From: Balanoglossus misakiensis
Taxonomy: Eukaryota; Animalia; Hemichordata
DNA: 64,000 nucleotides
Reading direction: 5' to 3'
Assembly (NCBI GenBank): GCA_040954595.2
Contig: CM082586.2
Location: 5,752,509 to 5,816,508, forward strand
Positions 14,301-30,001 of the stretch are shown here, piece by piece. The translations under genes and the position numbers were made by a program. The notes below the pieces were generated by a model that was not told the origin of the DNA, searched no databases, and worked only from the letters and a program-made list of their open reading frames with translations. How positions within the stretch are numbered: the first letter of the stretch is position 1; every line of letters starts with the position of its first letter.

Positions 14301-17300
14301 GACACCCGTACATATACACAGCGAATGTATTCTTTGAACTCGGCCTGTGTAATGAATTAAAAAGCAGCAACATATGCTGCACAGAAGCTTTGGGATTTAA
14401 TGTACAAGGCCAATTTGAGTGTACAGTGAGAATTAAACATACATGGAATGCCAGCCAAGCTAGGTCATTGGGTCAGACTTAACACATATCGTGAAAGAGT
14501 TTGCCATCTGTCTTTAGAATTTGAACTTATACTTTACCATGGGAGTATACAAACTGTCTGTCGTATGAGCCAGTTGATGTTGCCTTAAGTTCAATTTACA
14601 GCAGTTTAATATGGAGTTTTACAATTTATTTCTCATTATTGGTTTGGTCAGTTATTGTTCAAATCATGATATATTTCCCACACCATAATCATGGCACTGT
14701 ATTGTCAAACCGATTGACAACTTTCATTTCTGAGTTTTCTTCCTGTTTTGTGCAGATGATCATATGACTCTGTGGTTGATCACGTAGAAATTCATTTCGT
14801 TAAGTTAGCATGTTGTGAGGTTCGCATAGGTATTTCCTTCGCAATTCCATGCAAATGTTCTTATTAGAAATGTTCAATTGATCAGTTGGGCATTTAGTCA
14901 ATAATATTAAAGGGACACTGAACACCTGATACCTGTCTTTGAAAAATTGTGTTGATGAGTATTTAAACTTTTTGGCACGTTTCTTTGCCTCTACATATTT
15001 GTAACAGGCAGTATACTGGGACCAGTAATTATTGCATCACATTAATTTGATGGGATTCTGATCCATGTACCAGTATACCTGTGTTGTGCGTTTTGCAGTA
15101 ACATGATGATTTGCATATCTAATGAACGTCTGCAATCAGCGGTATAAATCCAGAGTTACAAGTTCTATGGAGAGATATGCTTTGTACCAGTGTTATCATT
15201 TGCATATTCAATTACTGGGGATGTATGTACATAATTAACCAGGTCAAAATTAGCTGCAATTTGTGCAACAGATCATACAGCCTCATGTACTCGTTAAACA
15301 AGTTATAACAATTAACACAGCATGTATGTATATTTAGTTCACAATAGGCGTATATAATTTTAGTGATATTCAGCTCATGGACTTCCATTGGAAAAGCATA
15401 TTAGAAATTCTGTCTAGCTGCGTGAGATTATTATCATTCACCTAGATAGCAAACACAATTTAAAGCTTAAAATAACCATCCACAGCATCAGTGTGCTTGT
15501 TATAAATGATTTATTCCTAGTCTGAGAATACTTTGCAAAATTGAATCACGCTTATCTGGATATGTAAACCAGCCACACCCTCCAATATTAAATTTAGCTT
15601 GTCAATAGGTATCGGTATATAGATAAGACTGGTCCATTTGTATTTTATCTGATGTCAAAATAACCTTTCATTACCAAAACAAGCCCATCAGCTCCCAACT
15701 GTTATAAAAATTATGATTGTTCAGGATTACCATTGAAAACTCCCTTTCCTTCCCTTCACAGGGAGTTCTCTCTATTTTGTGAGAAACAATAATCACAAAA
15801 CCAAAAAAATATATGGGGAGTCCTCAGACAAACAGACTGCCAGATGCATATATACATTAAACATTTACATACATTTTGACAGATGCAAAAGTTCACGTAA
15901 ACGTTTTGAGCTTTATTACCCAGGAACATTTTACCTTCATCAGCCATGTCTAACCGACCTAAATATTTCACACAGCCCAACTTCCCTCTAACCCGCAGTC
16001 AGTTTGTTCTAATGCCAGCAGAAATAATTGTTCTCTATGCCAAAACACGCTTACAACCCTTGTGAATGCATATACAATGAGTATGCAAATGGTTACATGA
16101 TGAGGAAGCTTGATAGCTGTATTTTAATCATAAACATTTACATGTTTTGTGTTATCGTCTGCCTCAAAAGTAGATCACTGACTGAGCAATTTTAGTTTTT
16201 AATATTGAAAGTTGGTATGCAGTAAATAACAATCATCTCACAATGACAAATGATCATTTATAACTTAATGGATAGGTTTTCAGATCAATATTTCACATGA
16301 TCTGTGATGAACATACATGAGAAAATATGTCATTTCCCCAGTTAAATGCAATAAATCAGAATATATCTGAGGATATAACCTAAACCGTGAAATCATTACA
16401 TATCTACAGAATTAATGCGCTGCAAAATTTTAGCCTGACGAAGTGAACAGTACAATGAACTTGTCATAAATAAACTGTGTACTTTCAACTCTTTATTTTT
16501 TTCAATTTATTTTTTATCATTTTAATATAACGTGCTTTCCAGTGTTCATATTATGATACATGCATACTTTACTATGTCAATTGATGATAAAATAATTTTC
16601 CAATAACGAGATCTCTTCACTGGCAGTTGCCATGGAGACATGAGTTTGTACATACAGGCCACTGTGGTATTTCCTGAAACTTAGGCAATGGCGGCGTGTA
16701 CTGGGCTCCAGGACAATATATGTAGCCGTTGGGAATATTTTGTCAAGAGGTTTTTGAAAGGTTCTAATAATATCAACAAATGTACATGACATCTGCAGTC
16801 ATGTAACGGTAGTTTGGAGTGAATGCTGTGATGCTTTAATAATAGGATAATATATTTCCTTTGCTCCACCAGTTGAATACGACTCCAATGTTATATGAGC
16901 GGGCTGGTTAATTTTGTTAGACCTAAATATTTCCTTTGCTGTCAATGTATATTTTCTCCTGTTTGATGTTATCATGTTTCAGTACTGCAAAGGTGGAAAT
17001 GATTAAAATAATTTACATGTACTTGGACAGGAGTGGATTCGTTTGCTTCGTCAAATGCGTCCCAACCGACTCCTTTGTAAAGTGTGCTAATAATGGAATT
17101 TCATTCAAATGTTGAGACTTTGAAATTTGGGTGTTTTTCCAGAGGCCCACAGGACTTAATTGTCCAAGCATATGACATATTAACCAAAACCTTTGTAAAA
17201 TACATGTAAACCGCCTGAATCAAGGCACCCAGCATTCGCTATCACGTGAGGCACCGAAATGACAAGCCTTCCCCAGTGGTACAATGTATACTGACCCAGA

Positions 17301-18234
17301 ATCCAGGGTATTGGAATCACAGTGCCCCAACAGACATCCCCTCACTAATCAAGGATGTTGGGTATAAACAAATTGCAGGAATTGGACTATTTTAGGCACA
17401 TTTACTTAGAGTGAAGCATCCATCAGTGACCGTTTGACCTTTCTGTATACACCCAGTTTCTATTAGAGAGTGAATTTCCGTATGTTTGTGGCTGCCACTG
17501 ATTCACGAGGGCAGGTCCCATGGAAGGCGAAGTGTTTAATTTTCAGTTACCAATTTTATTCATATAACAGTGGCCTAAACAACCATGCATAGGCCCAAGA
17601 AAAGATTAGAAAAATTGTTGCTAATTGACTTGAGTGTCTGAAATTGGTACCATACACAGAATGCATGCTCAGTATAAATAAAACCTTGGATAACATTAAT
17701 TTCATATGATATTCTGATCTGTAATGTCATGTGACGGCTGGTACAGATGAAGAGGGATTTAAAAAAATTTCCTGGTGGTGTTAATTAATACTGGTTGATT
17801 TTGACAGATATACATGTACCAGTAGAAGTTAATGTTTACATAACAGTTTGGAATTTTAGAATTCTGTGCTCCGTATAGATGTTTTAGAAAATTAAGCATG
17901 CCTTAATTGCCAATACTTTGATGGCAAAAGTAGACCATTTATATTAAAACGATGGTAACGATCCTCTTTTAAAATTGTATCCTGCTAGACGTGTACCGTA
18001 TTAGGCCTTCACATCATTGCAAAATAGCATATTTACACTTATGACATTAGACAGAGAGGCATACGGTTAATAGTCAATGAAAGCCTAATTATATCAATCG
18101 TTAAACGTTCGGTTAACACAAAACGCAAAATGTTAACTAATCCATTGCAGAATGATGAAAAAAAATACTTACCCAACAATCACCACAGAGTGGAACAATA
18201 AAACACATGTTGATAATAACAGCTTTGTGTCCAT
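8398..18234 (-). CDS. Cys-loop ligand-gated chloride channel subunit, glycine receptor alpha-like (10 coding exons, about 510 aa)
   Basis: Exons in transcript order, all GT-AG and phase-compatible: 18234-18173 (signal peptide MDTKLLLSTCVLLFHSVVIVG), 13775-13659 (less certain), 12434-12346 (..YASKIRPTV), 12155-12088 (68 nt, PTEVRCNININSFDSVSESSM), 11923-11703 (DYEVTIFLRQAWNDPRL..VWVPDLFFTNAK..LRIYPNGDILYSLR), 10811-10729 (83 nt, Cys-loop CYMFLGKFPMDEQAC), 9781-9644 (138 nt), 9469-9240 (M1 and M2 AAPARVALGVTTVL), 9046-8858 (M3 AIDVW..FAALLEY), 8733-8398 (M4 IDRFSRVFLPLVFLIFCISYW, stop TAG). The 68/83/138-nt exon sizes are those conserved in GABA-A/glycine receptor genes. Confidence 0.93.
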
Positions 18235-21200
18235 TTTGATCACAGAATGTTGCATTGCTTCTATGTGTTGAAACAAACACAATTGTGTCTATGTCGCGTT
18301 CGCCTGATACACGTTGTTCACTGCCTACAGTACTTAGTCCATATATTCCGATAAGCATTTACAGCCCGTAGTGTGTACGAATCATTGGCGGACGTGTTCA
18401 TTACATAGTTCCAAATAAACCTGCAATGAGAAAAGATTGATTGTCGTATCAGAGAGAATGTAATGGTTTCACAATATATACGAGAATTCGTCATAGCTAC
18501 CGATGTTATGGCAGGGCATGTGGCCCAGTAGTCCGATCTTTGCTGGACTCTAATCACCAGTTCTGCATCTGATCCAGAGCAACCATTCTGGTTCACCAGG
18601 CCGTGCTATGACTACACGCTATTAAAGTTGACCTCGACAATACTGTACCATATGTAAACGTACGCTGGTCGGAATCAATTGATCAAATTGCCTCGAACAC
18701 TGGCATAGTCTACATTGTTCTTGATTACCGTCACAGTGCCTGTGTTACCGGCTGTACGTATGAATGTATGTTTGTTTGTTCTGTTTTCCTCAAGGCCTAC
18801 ATCACATACAATATTTCTCTTTGTATACCATGTATACACACACTTGTATGTACATTAAGAGCCGCACATTGAAAAAAAGTAAACTATCTGAACAATACTA
18901 CCATTACTGACGTGACCACAAATTGCTTTACAGTGTAAATCTGCCATGATGCCAATTGGGCTTAAAAGAGTAAAAAAAAATCATCTGCTGTTTCACGTTC
19001 TGTCACGTGCACTCGGGCTGTAACTGAAGCCCCTGATGACAAAGGGTCAACACATGTTGTGACAAATTGTGTATTAAAAAGTCACTTGTGGAAGAGTGAA
19101 CTCATGTCGACTGAAATCAACATTTGCTGGGAATGCCTCTATTTGTGATTTGGTCAACAGGAACCTCCGTTACTCATTGTAGCTTTATCATGATTTTAAA
19201 ATTTATGGGTTTGAAAAAGCAATATATTATTGCATGGAAAGATTATAGCAAATCGATTGTATATCATACTGGATTAGAAGATTGCTATTTATGCGATGAT
19301 GTCTGAAAAACTAGGTCGTTAACATGCATGCTGTCCAGCATACAACACTCATAACTCATCTCCCGTATAGTATAACAATGTGAGACGTACCGGTACCTGT
19401 CATTCACATTATAAACATATATATGTTTCCTAAAATATTCATGTGGCATGCCCAAATAACAAAAAAGACACCCAACATTTTTTATTTAGCTTTGAAATAG
19501 ATTTAATAAACCCTTAAGTCAAACTTATTATACTCAGACATTATTGCTTTATATTGCGACGCTGTCTATACATTCGGTGCTTTTGTCAAACCTTTTCATC
19601 GTCAAAACCTCAATGTTCAAGCTTATCAAGGCACCAGATCACTTGAAACTCTCTATTGCTACAGCTGGAATAACATATACATCTAATCACTCAAATCGCT
19701 TAAAGCTTTTAGGGCCAAGCGGCAATATCGTATGGCCTTTTTAGCTTTCACGGAAATATCATTCAATTTATCTGACACTATTGCAACTCCAGCCGTTTCG
19801 AATTACCTCGTCAAATTGCCTCTAAATGTTTTAACATTACATCCGGAAACTACATTGCAGTGTGCTAAATTCGGTTTTCAGTGTCTTTCAGCTTACAAAT
19901 TTTCCTCTTATGAGTACAAATCACTTGCACTCTGGGTGAAAGGAGAGCTAACCGGAGATAACATTTCTAGTTGTGATGTAATCTTGATAATTGGCAAAAT
20001 GTTGTTATTATGTCTGTTCGCAATAGGCAACTACAAGATAGTTGTACCCTGGTGTACTGGTTATCTATTTCCAAAAAATGTGGTTTGCCGTACTGCAAGT
20101 ATTTTGATTTGAGTTGTGGACAGGGTTAATACCACTTGATTATACAAAATAAGTCAATATCTGAACAGCACTCTGCATTTTCATAATGGAATTAGCATAG
20201 CCCCTCTAACAGGGCATTGGGAAAGACTAGAAGGATTATAGTTACCTGAAATTGTGTAAACCAAAGCTCGGCAAGTGTCCTCTGTGAAAAAAAATCTAAT
20301 TTGTGCTGATGTTACGGAGGTCAACGTAACAGCAGCAAGTGCCAGTACTCCGCGTATTTGAAAATGATGAGGCCTATACTTCCATCATTATAAACCACGC
20401 TGTAGGAATCTTCACATGGGCTTGAAAAAGCAATAAAATAAATCCTTGCGATCGTCTAGGATCAGACAGAATACCACAACTGGGAGATATACCGCTTTTA
20501 CAGTTTCTGATTGGAATGACAATCATGTAACTTAGTTTAATGACAAAAAGCTTTTTTATGAGACCCCTTAGCATATCTAACAATGTGATCACAGCTACTT
20601 GTCCAATACTCTACGTGGTTCAACATAAGTCCCAAACTACCAGTACAATGCTTGTAATTCGAATGGGGTAGGTACACCATACAGTAACTCTGTGGTAATG
20701 TTTATATGTATGGACTTGATTTTCCCTCGATTTCAAATATTTAAAGTATACCTAGACAGTTTGAATGTGGCGAGTACTAAAATGTGAACGACCAACTAGT
20801 CAGTGAGATGAAAAATGAGTCATAGTCTGTGTCTTGATTTGAATTTTAATTTCATTTTTCTTTCTCATTATCTCAGTGATAATGAAGAACAGATGGGGTG
20901 TCATTAAAAAAACAGAACATGTTTACACATTTCTGACAAAACATTCAGAACCTTTTAGCAAGATAGGTAGAATAAGTTGGAAAAAAAATTAAAGAAAATA
21001 TTTTATAAATGAAGTGCACGAAAAACACATATTTTCACTTGACAATTTGCAATTGAATAAATACAAGTGGGTCAAAAAGGCCAATGCCTTGTGTACATTA
21101 GCTGTGCAGCTAGGTGGTTCTTTTGCATGTAGACAATTAATGCAGTTTATTGATTCATCAAACAGAATTTTTATTGCTACATGTTTGAAACAACCGTGCT

Positions 21201-24200
21201 CCATTTGACGCAAATGAAGTAAATGGTATTTCCTGTCATATGAAGTGTTCAATTACGTAAGGCTATATAACAAGTAATTGCACTGGTTTCAATTTACACC
21301 ATGCATATGTATTGCCATGTTATCATTTGCGACAAATGAAAGGTTGAAGTACTTTTAACGGTATTCATGGTATTTGCCGTAAAGTGCTAAATATATGCGG
21401 AGGGACCATGACAAATTATCAATTCATTGAAGCTTCATTGTTGTTTTCAGTTGGACTTCATTATTTAGTGGTAAATGCTGCAATACTTTTTCTCCGGGAA
21501 ACAAATATGTCATTTGAGTCACCACGGTCGTATAAATAGACTTTAATGTGTGGAAAGACAGACAAATATGTCAAATTGTACTTTCAATTGACAGCTGTTT
21601 AATTCTCGAAATAGTTGTGCTCCAGCCAAATAGTGCATGCACACTTACTGATAATGATCGTAGCTATCTATACATGTACTTGGAAACTCAAGAACAAAAA
21701 AAGGTTTTTAATTTTCATTTGTTGAAAACAAAACACTTGAAATTGAATATGACAATTTTGCACTTGCCGTAAGTACCACCAGAAGTAGGTGGGTGGGTTT
21801 GTAGGTAGATATTAATGCAAGATGGTTATGTTGTCAGTAGGTATATTTGCATAATGTGATATCTGCATGCGTTATCTTTGCAATCGTTGTACACATTTCT
21901 GCATTTTTTGAAGAATTATTTTGGATATAATGGTTTTGAATATGTGCTTGTTTTGTAATTCTGGCAAATCGAAGTATGATTTTAAAAAATTACTTCAGCC
22001 TTGCCATTGAATCATCAAGAAGGTAAAGACGATGTGCCCGTCGGAAATGTAAATTCGTAGAGGGAAGAATAGAGGAATAAAACCACGTATGCATCTCCAG
22101 CGAGTCAACTGCAGGTGTGCTGCAGGATAGAATGGATTAGTTGTTGGTCACGTTGTTACCGACAGTGAAGTAGGTCTCTCCATCCGGCGCAGTTTGCACG
22201 TATGTTGTTCGTTAAAAGCCCCTAACTAGACAGACCTTGACTACCGAGTGTCTGCTTGCATGACGATATCCAAATACTTTCAGAACCTCTTATGTCCACA
22301 TTTATCGGCAACCTTAAACCACTGGGTCACACTAATGCGTGCAATTATGTTAAAGTTCAATAGAGCATGTAATTAATTAATCAAAAATTCAATTTCACTG
22401 GCATTCAGAATTTACGCTCTTAGAATTCCAATACACCGAGTGTTTTAATGCCTGAAAACATGGATAACAGTCAACTTGAAACATTTTTGTGAACTGAAGG
22501 AAATTTAAGAAAGTGTGGATGGTACCTAAGGGGTCAAGGTAATAGTAGGCAGTGACGCATTAATGAAAACATCGACAATATTATTCTCGGGTAAAGATTG
22601 TTTTGAGTAAACATGATACAAACAAAAAAGCTGCAAGGGCGCATGTAGTTCTCAGGAAATCAAGAAAAACTGTTTATATCTGAAAGGCATTATCAACTGT
22701 GCAGCGAAAGGATCATAAAAATATTGCATTTATATTTTGTATTGGTCGAGGTTGTAATTTTGTTACATATGCATAGGAAAGAATATTGATCATCTAAGGC
22801 CTATAAATCATATGTTCTTAGCGCGTCATAATTTAATTTTGCACTTAGCCGGCTGTTAGAATACCGTGTGACCTTGCCTCGAGTTATTTTATATCAAAAT
22901 GTGTTTACAACAGCAGCTGCGGAGATAGATACTTCATGTCTTTCCCTGTGGCAATAATACATCGCCTTTTATGCGGCAAAGCGGCTGCCAATATTCTGTG
23001 TCAATTTTTTCATTAAAATTCCAACAGTCCATCTATTTTGAAGTTTATTGGTAAAGCATTTAGGCCATCTGATGGCCAACCGTTGCACTATAGTTGTTTT
23101 CCAGGAGTAATTTTCGCCATAGGGCTACTAACCATTACTACAGTTGTGAACCTAGTACAATATCATAAAATTACAGTGAAATAGACTGCTGTATATTTTG
23201 GATTTGACCTGTCACTCAGTTGGATTTAGAGACTCATTATAATAATGATAACTTGAGGTAGGATCATTATGTATTTATTGCTTGGCTTCATGGAGTTAAT
23301 TCATATGCTGTAGTAGTTTGCTTGAAGCGTGTGATCAACCGACGGTTTTATTCACTGCAGAGAATTTGAACAAACTGTGGGGTTATCGACATGTGTCAGA
23401 CATATTGACGTCTGGTGGTCGACATGTTCATATAGTCCAGGGTGTCTTTCATCCTCATTAACTGAGCCCATGTTGTGATCAACACAGAGAAATAGATATT
23501 TGACAGCAGTGTTATGCTCCTCGGTTTTGAGCGATGATGGTGGTGTACAATCGGCGAAATAGTAGCAGAGATTTAACCTTGAAATCTCCCATAGTGCAAG
23601 AAGATATTACGCAAAATTATACTGCGAGAGATAACTGCAAACATTTTACATTTTAAATTTCAGAACAGAACAATGCATACACTATGATGAGAACGTCTAG
23701 TGAAAGGTATGAATAAAATGCCATTATTTTCAGTTCAAAGCACAAAGAACTAGTAACACCGGTGTGTGGCTCATAAAAGGCGCGTAGAATGACCATTAGA
23801 TTTTGCGAATAGGTAGTTAATGAACCATTGCACGAGAAACATTACATCCGAAGTCGACTGCCTAATTAGCTGTGACTATGCTGTATTATATAGTCAAGTG
23901 GCATGCATCAGTTTGGTGTGTAAGTTTACATGTTGTAGGCTTAGTAATACTGCCCAGACTCAATGAGGTAAATTTACCATTTCTATCTTCACTGTATTTG
24001 TAAATCAAACACCTACCCTGTTCCCTGATGTATCGTAAGAATTGACCTTTAAATACTGTAAATATATAGGAGAGTTGTCTGTTTGGAGCCACTTTCTTGT
24101 CTGTCTGTCTGTCTGTCAGTCAGTCTCCTCCTCCCCTATCGCTCAAAGCACATCATTACAGTCTCAAGTTTGATAATATGTTCATCTATCTTGCTTATTT

Positions 24201-27200
24201 TTGATGAACAAATATTTAAATGAATTACCCTGGGCAGATAATCCCTAGACAACTGTGCAGGGGTTCTCATATTACCAATGTTCCCTTGTGATTGAAATGA
24301 TAAAGACCTAATTTAGTTCTTTGTGGGTCATTGATTAATGCTTGTAGAAATGTAGATAAGTTTCAGTTAATTGATGATTTAGAGTTTTTTAACATAAAAG
24401 TATAAACTGTAACTCTCATGAGTAAATGCCGGAATCTATCCAATTATTTTGACAAACTAGCCTAAGTTAATTACCAAATGTTAAACAAATGTTGCCATAT
24501 TAACTTGACTGATAAAGTCAATCATCTTTCCTAAGACTCTGCTTCAAACCTGATCTGTTGTAAATTAATGGAAGTTTATGATTTAATTTTTGTTCCAATA
24601 CCCTATATACAAGGGGTTTTCTTTTTCTATTCAAACGTGCTGTACTCAATCCATGGTGTACAGTATCTTTGCATTGTGAATAAATCGTCTTCATGAGTAG
24701 TCTTCATACCACTTGCAGGTCTTTGATTCTTTAAGATGCTGACTCTGGGACTATATGAACACATTGTAGTTATGTGCATTGTGTACAAAAAGGAATATCT
24801 AGAAGTTGAAGTCTGTTGTCTACAGTGCAATCAACCAGTTGAACAGATGTATCCAGTTGAAGTCTGTTCTTGCAATTGTTATCAATCATGCCTACATAAT
24901 GACTGTGCTTGAAGTTCTGTAAGACTGGATTTATCTGTAATAATCCACGGTCATCAGTACATCACAAGATGTTCGTTTGAGCTGGTGAATGTTGTGGTAT
25001 ACCCCGGGAAAACCACAATTAGTAACCAATCAAGCGAACATAGCATTTGCTGCTTAGCCACATGGAAATGATAGATGTATTAAGATTCCAACCATAATTG
25101 CACTGCATTAGCAAAAAGAAACCATTAATATTGATTGATTGATTCGTACAGGTTCAAAGAGAAATCTATGGTGTAACCTCACAAAGAAATATGTAAGGAG
25201 TAATTAAGAGTTGTGAAGTTGAAGAAAACTACACAAAAGCCAGACGAGTATCTATAATACTTTTTATTGCTTATTTTTTGTGAGGAATCGATTTGACTGG
25301 ATGCAGGCAATTAAGGGTGTTCCCCATCAAGTTTGTGATGGATTGAACAATCTAGTTCCACAATGTTGAATAGAAATTGGTTTCCCATGCCACTTTTTCC
25401 TCTAAAGTGGAAATTGCATTGTGCACTATGGTAGAAATGAATCACATTATTACCAGTAAAAAAGGCCCATCATGATTGAGTTACTATCCCGGTTTATAAT
25501 ATGCCTATATACACCAATTAATTATTCATGGTCTCGATGATTTCTTGAAAGCAACTTAAGCAAAGGTCAAACTTATGAGAAGTGCAAAGGAAAATGCATA
25601 TTCTTTTCGCGAATTCGAAAAAAAACATACTTTGTTTTTGTTGCTGTGTTTACTATTAACGAGAGCAATAAAAATCTGTAATAATGTATACAGCAGGTTT
25701 TATTCTCCATATTCTGGGCGATTGACAGTAATATTGCCTCACATATGGCATGGCCTACATAATGTCGTATTTGGTGTATATTCGTGATATATATTTGATC
25801 ATTTTTTTACAATCGCTCTGCATCTGTAGAAAACAGCATATATCTTTCGCGTATCTTCTAAATATTTTATTTGTGACAAAAACACATGGCTATTTTCTTT
25901 TCTCTTGACATGATGATGACAGCATTTATATAGTCTCGTTTTTATTGTATGAATTACGATGTTTGGCTTGAGAGGCTCGGGGATTTCTTTTGAGATTTTA
26001 TCTCTCGGGAGCTTCTTCTAAGGAGGTGACTGGATGGCTACTTAAACATATAATTGGAAATGGTCCTTGTTTTGTAGGTGATGGAAACAATTTTATGGAG
26101 AGAGTCAAAGGTGAACGACGTGGAAAATTTAATGAGATTTGTGAATACGTTTTTAAGAGCTGTACAGATTTGTGGAAAAATCGTCACCCGATTTGAGACG
26201 TGAGACATCGGAGACGACCAGAGCCAGGTATAAACTACAGTCAATCGCTGATTACATGTTGTTTTATGTGCTTGAAAAAAACCCTCAAGTAATACTCCTC
26301 TGTAAAGAATCTTATTTCTTATTCATGGCGATCGCCCTTGGTTCTCTTAAAATGTCACGAAATTCTCAGTTCATGTCATCTGCGCTAAACCTTATCTTCC
26401 AACCATGCAATGACACGCTCAATAGCGCAACAGTATATAAGCCAAGCCAGTTCTGAGTAGTGTTACTCCCCATTCAGTTAGAATGACAATGTTTTCAAAA
26501 TGCATAGGGAATTGAAGGGCAATTCTGACAAAGGCCACAACGCGATAAACAACTCTTGACATTGACAGAATTTCTGGGTAATTTTATTTTCTAGTCATTC
26601 TCTCCCAATGTCATCTGTCAGTCGTGTTGAGGTAAAATGACGACAATACATACTACTAAAACCTTTGTTACGAACTATAACTAAAATCACATCTAAATCA
26701 AAGAGTGTGACACTATGAAATGTGGCGATTCACAAACTGGAAATAAAGACGTACTTTTTGCAGGATTTGTGCACGTCGTGAAAAAAGTATCACAGTGTCA
26801 CACGTAGTCAATTCAAGTTCAGATGTCCAGAGTAATTAACTTTAATATGTATGCAGATATTTCATACTAATACATACTGTCCAAACAGTGCATTCCAGTA
26901 TTACAGTTACACCATCTATGTAATTAATAATGTACCAGAATTATCTTGTGCTAGACACTTTTTATCTTTTAGAGAACGCGGCCTTTCTGATCACACACCT
27001 GGCGCCCAACTACATGAATAATTGCCAGTGGCGTGACATGAAACATTACACCCTACATACATCAAATGAAGAGCCTGATGAAATCAATCGGAAATGCAGA
27101 TTGTTTGAATTGCAATGATCGAATACACACAAGTGTTCGGTGGATGTGGGAACTGACAAGTTGTCAGATAATTATCACAGGATGATCGATTACAAATAAT

Positions 27201-29869
27201 GTTAAATATAAAGTCATATTCTGACATAATTTATTTTTGTCATCGCAGCTTAATGAAAGATGCCCATTAAATTAAGAAATATTGAATTATCTGTGGATGG
27301 AGACTAATTGTAGCCTGCATAGAGGCAGGTCAAATGGCCGAGTGATGTCTCAGCACACAAAATAGTTAAAAGAAAGTTGCTGCCATTTAGCCCTGAGGTA
27401 ACATATCCCAAAGAATATGCATATGAACCGGTCGTACTTTTCCTTTTATTGATTTACTGATTTTTATCTTCATATTACAATATTTCAAATCATTTACTCT
27501 GGGTGGCAAGTTCATGCTCTCCATGTAAGACTCGCGACAACAAACAGTGATGCAAATCAAAAATGGCGACACAAATAATTATGTACATGAATAATTTAGA
27601 CCTCAAGCAGTCTGAAAGTTTAATATTGAGTTGTCTGTATCGTGACCCAATAATATAAGTTGAATTAAAAATTCATGGAGCATTTGCGTGTGGCTTTCAA
27701 AATTAGTCTTGACAGCAGGAAGATTGTGGATTGCCTGATTCCGTCTGACATTTTTGTAATAAGTAAGAGCAATCTGCAGAGTGCCAAAGTATTTCAATCA
27801 ACAGGTTTACCTATATATTCACCAAAAGTTGAATATATACTTCTGTCTGTGTTTTTTTCTGCTTGTTGAAGTTGTTCATGTTATTTTGCCCAGAAAAAAA
27901 GCATTGATGTCAAAAACATCTGTCCGAAATTACATCAGGCATAAATAGCTGACTAAGACTTCCTTGCCCCTCATATTATGTTTGTCAGGAAATTAAGACA
28001 GTTAGTTAATTATATCTATTTGTGGTCTCAATCTCTGATGGGTTTGCTGTACAACTCTGATATAATGCCAGCAAGATGGTGATTGCTTTTACTCTTTGAG
28101 CCATGCCCCCGATGACAAGTTACTTCACTTACGAAATCGTCCCCGGTGACTATCTGCATTATGTGACCAGCATTGACAACAAATCATGATTCATTCCAGA
28201 AATGATTTCGTGTCTCTTGATTATCTCCAGACACGAAGATCATCCCTGGTGTATTACACTCGAGCGACGACAGGAGAGAAGGAGGTCGATCGTTTCTCCA
28301 GAACACACATGCTATAACCTCCTGCGGGAAAACTTTTCAAGGACCCTCGATGGCTTGCTGCTCATGCTGGAATACTCCAAATTGTCATCTTAAATAAATG
28401 TTATTCAAATGGAGCATTTCCATCCAATGCATGTCTTTTTCTTAAAGGGCCCAGTGGATTTCAGACAAATTGGCAGCAAAATGAGTTGACATATGAAAGG
28501 TGTTCTCACAAAAAGCCTGTTACTCGCATGTACTTGTCAAGCATTACTATGCTTTGAAGAAATAGAGGAGGATATACCTGTTTGTACATGCAAAAACTCA
28601 AGTTGGCATGGAAACATTTTACTCAATGATCAAAATTACTTGAACTCTACTGGAGTGACATTATAATGGCTAATATCAGATTTTTATTGGGAAAACACTC
28701 TTTATATACCCAATTTTGGAGTTTGGTAAAAGGTCTATTTCGATATCACATGTGTACTGTTACGGCTTAAAATGTCCACTGCACTGCACATGTTGAAATA
28801 ATCATGTCACGTTACTCTTTGCTTTATCTACCACTGCAATTCCGGAACCCTGGTGACTCCTCATGATTCTTGTCTAACGAACACATTAATAATAGTTTTT
28901 TCAAATAGAAATAGATGCGATGTCAGAAAATTTACGTCAGAGTCTTATATGTTGGCCGACCATGTTCTGTCTCTTTAACCTATACTGGTACAGTCATCAA
29001 TATGCTCAGTAAGAACTTAGCCCCATGCTGTGTCTGTATCTAGTCGCGATACAATTACAACAACGTGTCATTGAACTGTCTTAAACTTGAATATCGCACA
29101 CCGCATCACGGTGTGCAAATTATAAGCTGTGTTTTATCACGAAGACTATTCTGAAATGTATAAAATTATGTGGTCTGAATCCAACGAAACATTCACGTTC
29201 AGAAGATTACAATGACATACGTTTGTGATAAAGGTTCACAATCCAAACCACAAAATACGGTTGACTCAAATCGAAAATGACATTTAGCCTTTTGAACATC
29301 AGCCAGCTTTAAGGCAGATAAAGCTGTCAAGCAGAAATCATTTGCTGAATGATATGGGACTTTACGTATGTACACTAGAAAAACCACATCTTATCAGATT
29401 TGTAAGGAACATGTGTTTTGTTTTCATTCTTAACGATCTTGTGTGCTGGATTAAAGTGATAAACGTTATTTTTCTTTAATAATTTGGAGATTTTATGTCA
29501 TTGATATGCGGCTATAATTCAAACATAAATACACCAGGATTGAAATAATGAGAAAAAAATCGTTGACTGCCAAGTGATGTTGTGTTCCTGAAGTGCCCAA
29601 GGTTTTCACTCAGTGGACTGCTTTAAGATACCTTGATTCTTTAAAATGGCCTTGGAATTTGTTGAAACGCAAACAAGCAATAGTCATTCCAACTGAGGAT
29701 CGTTTTATGAGAAGTGAATGTAGCTGCGGTAGATAATGCAATGTATTTATCGAAACATTGGGACGTCTGACATAATATTGTAGTGACTATTGCTTAGTTT
29801 TATCTGAATCGATGCGTAGGGCTGTGTGTGTGCAACAACGTGAAGTGCTAATATTCTCACTAACCTTAC

Positions 29870-30001
29870 GCTTCGTTCGGTGGCTGTCTATAGTGAGCAC
29901 AGCGTTTTGACTGTCGCCTCTTCTCACTAATTGTTAAAGATGTTGCTCTTCCCGTCTCCTTGCGCTGGCGACGTCGTCAATCTTCCCTCGCTTCTGATTG
30001 G
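29870..30001 (-). promoter_or_regulatory. Putative promoter and non-coding first exon of the Cys-loop receptor gene
   Basis: Locally CpG-rich patch with CCAAT (30001-29997 on minus) followed by an ATG-free stretch ending at a strong donor GTAAGG (GT at 29869-29868). The receptor's ATG exon has an upstream acceptor (AG at 18262-18261), so an upstream exon is implied. The link between them is inference. Confidence 0.3.

Noticed and set aside
28231-28393. Plus-strand exon-like GC-richer patch after a good acceptor
   Set aside because: All three frames give short unrecognisable peptides and no partner exons were found.
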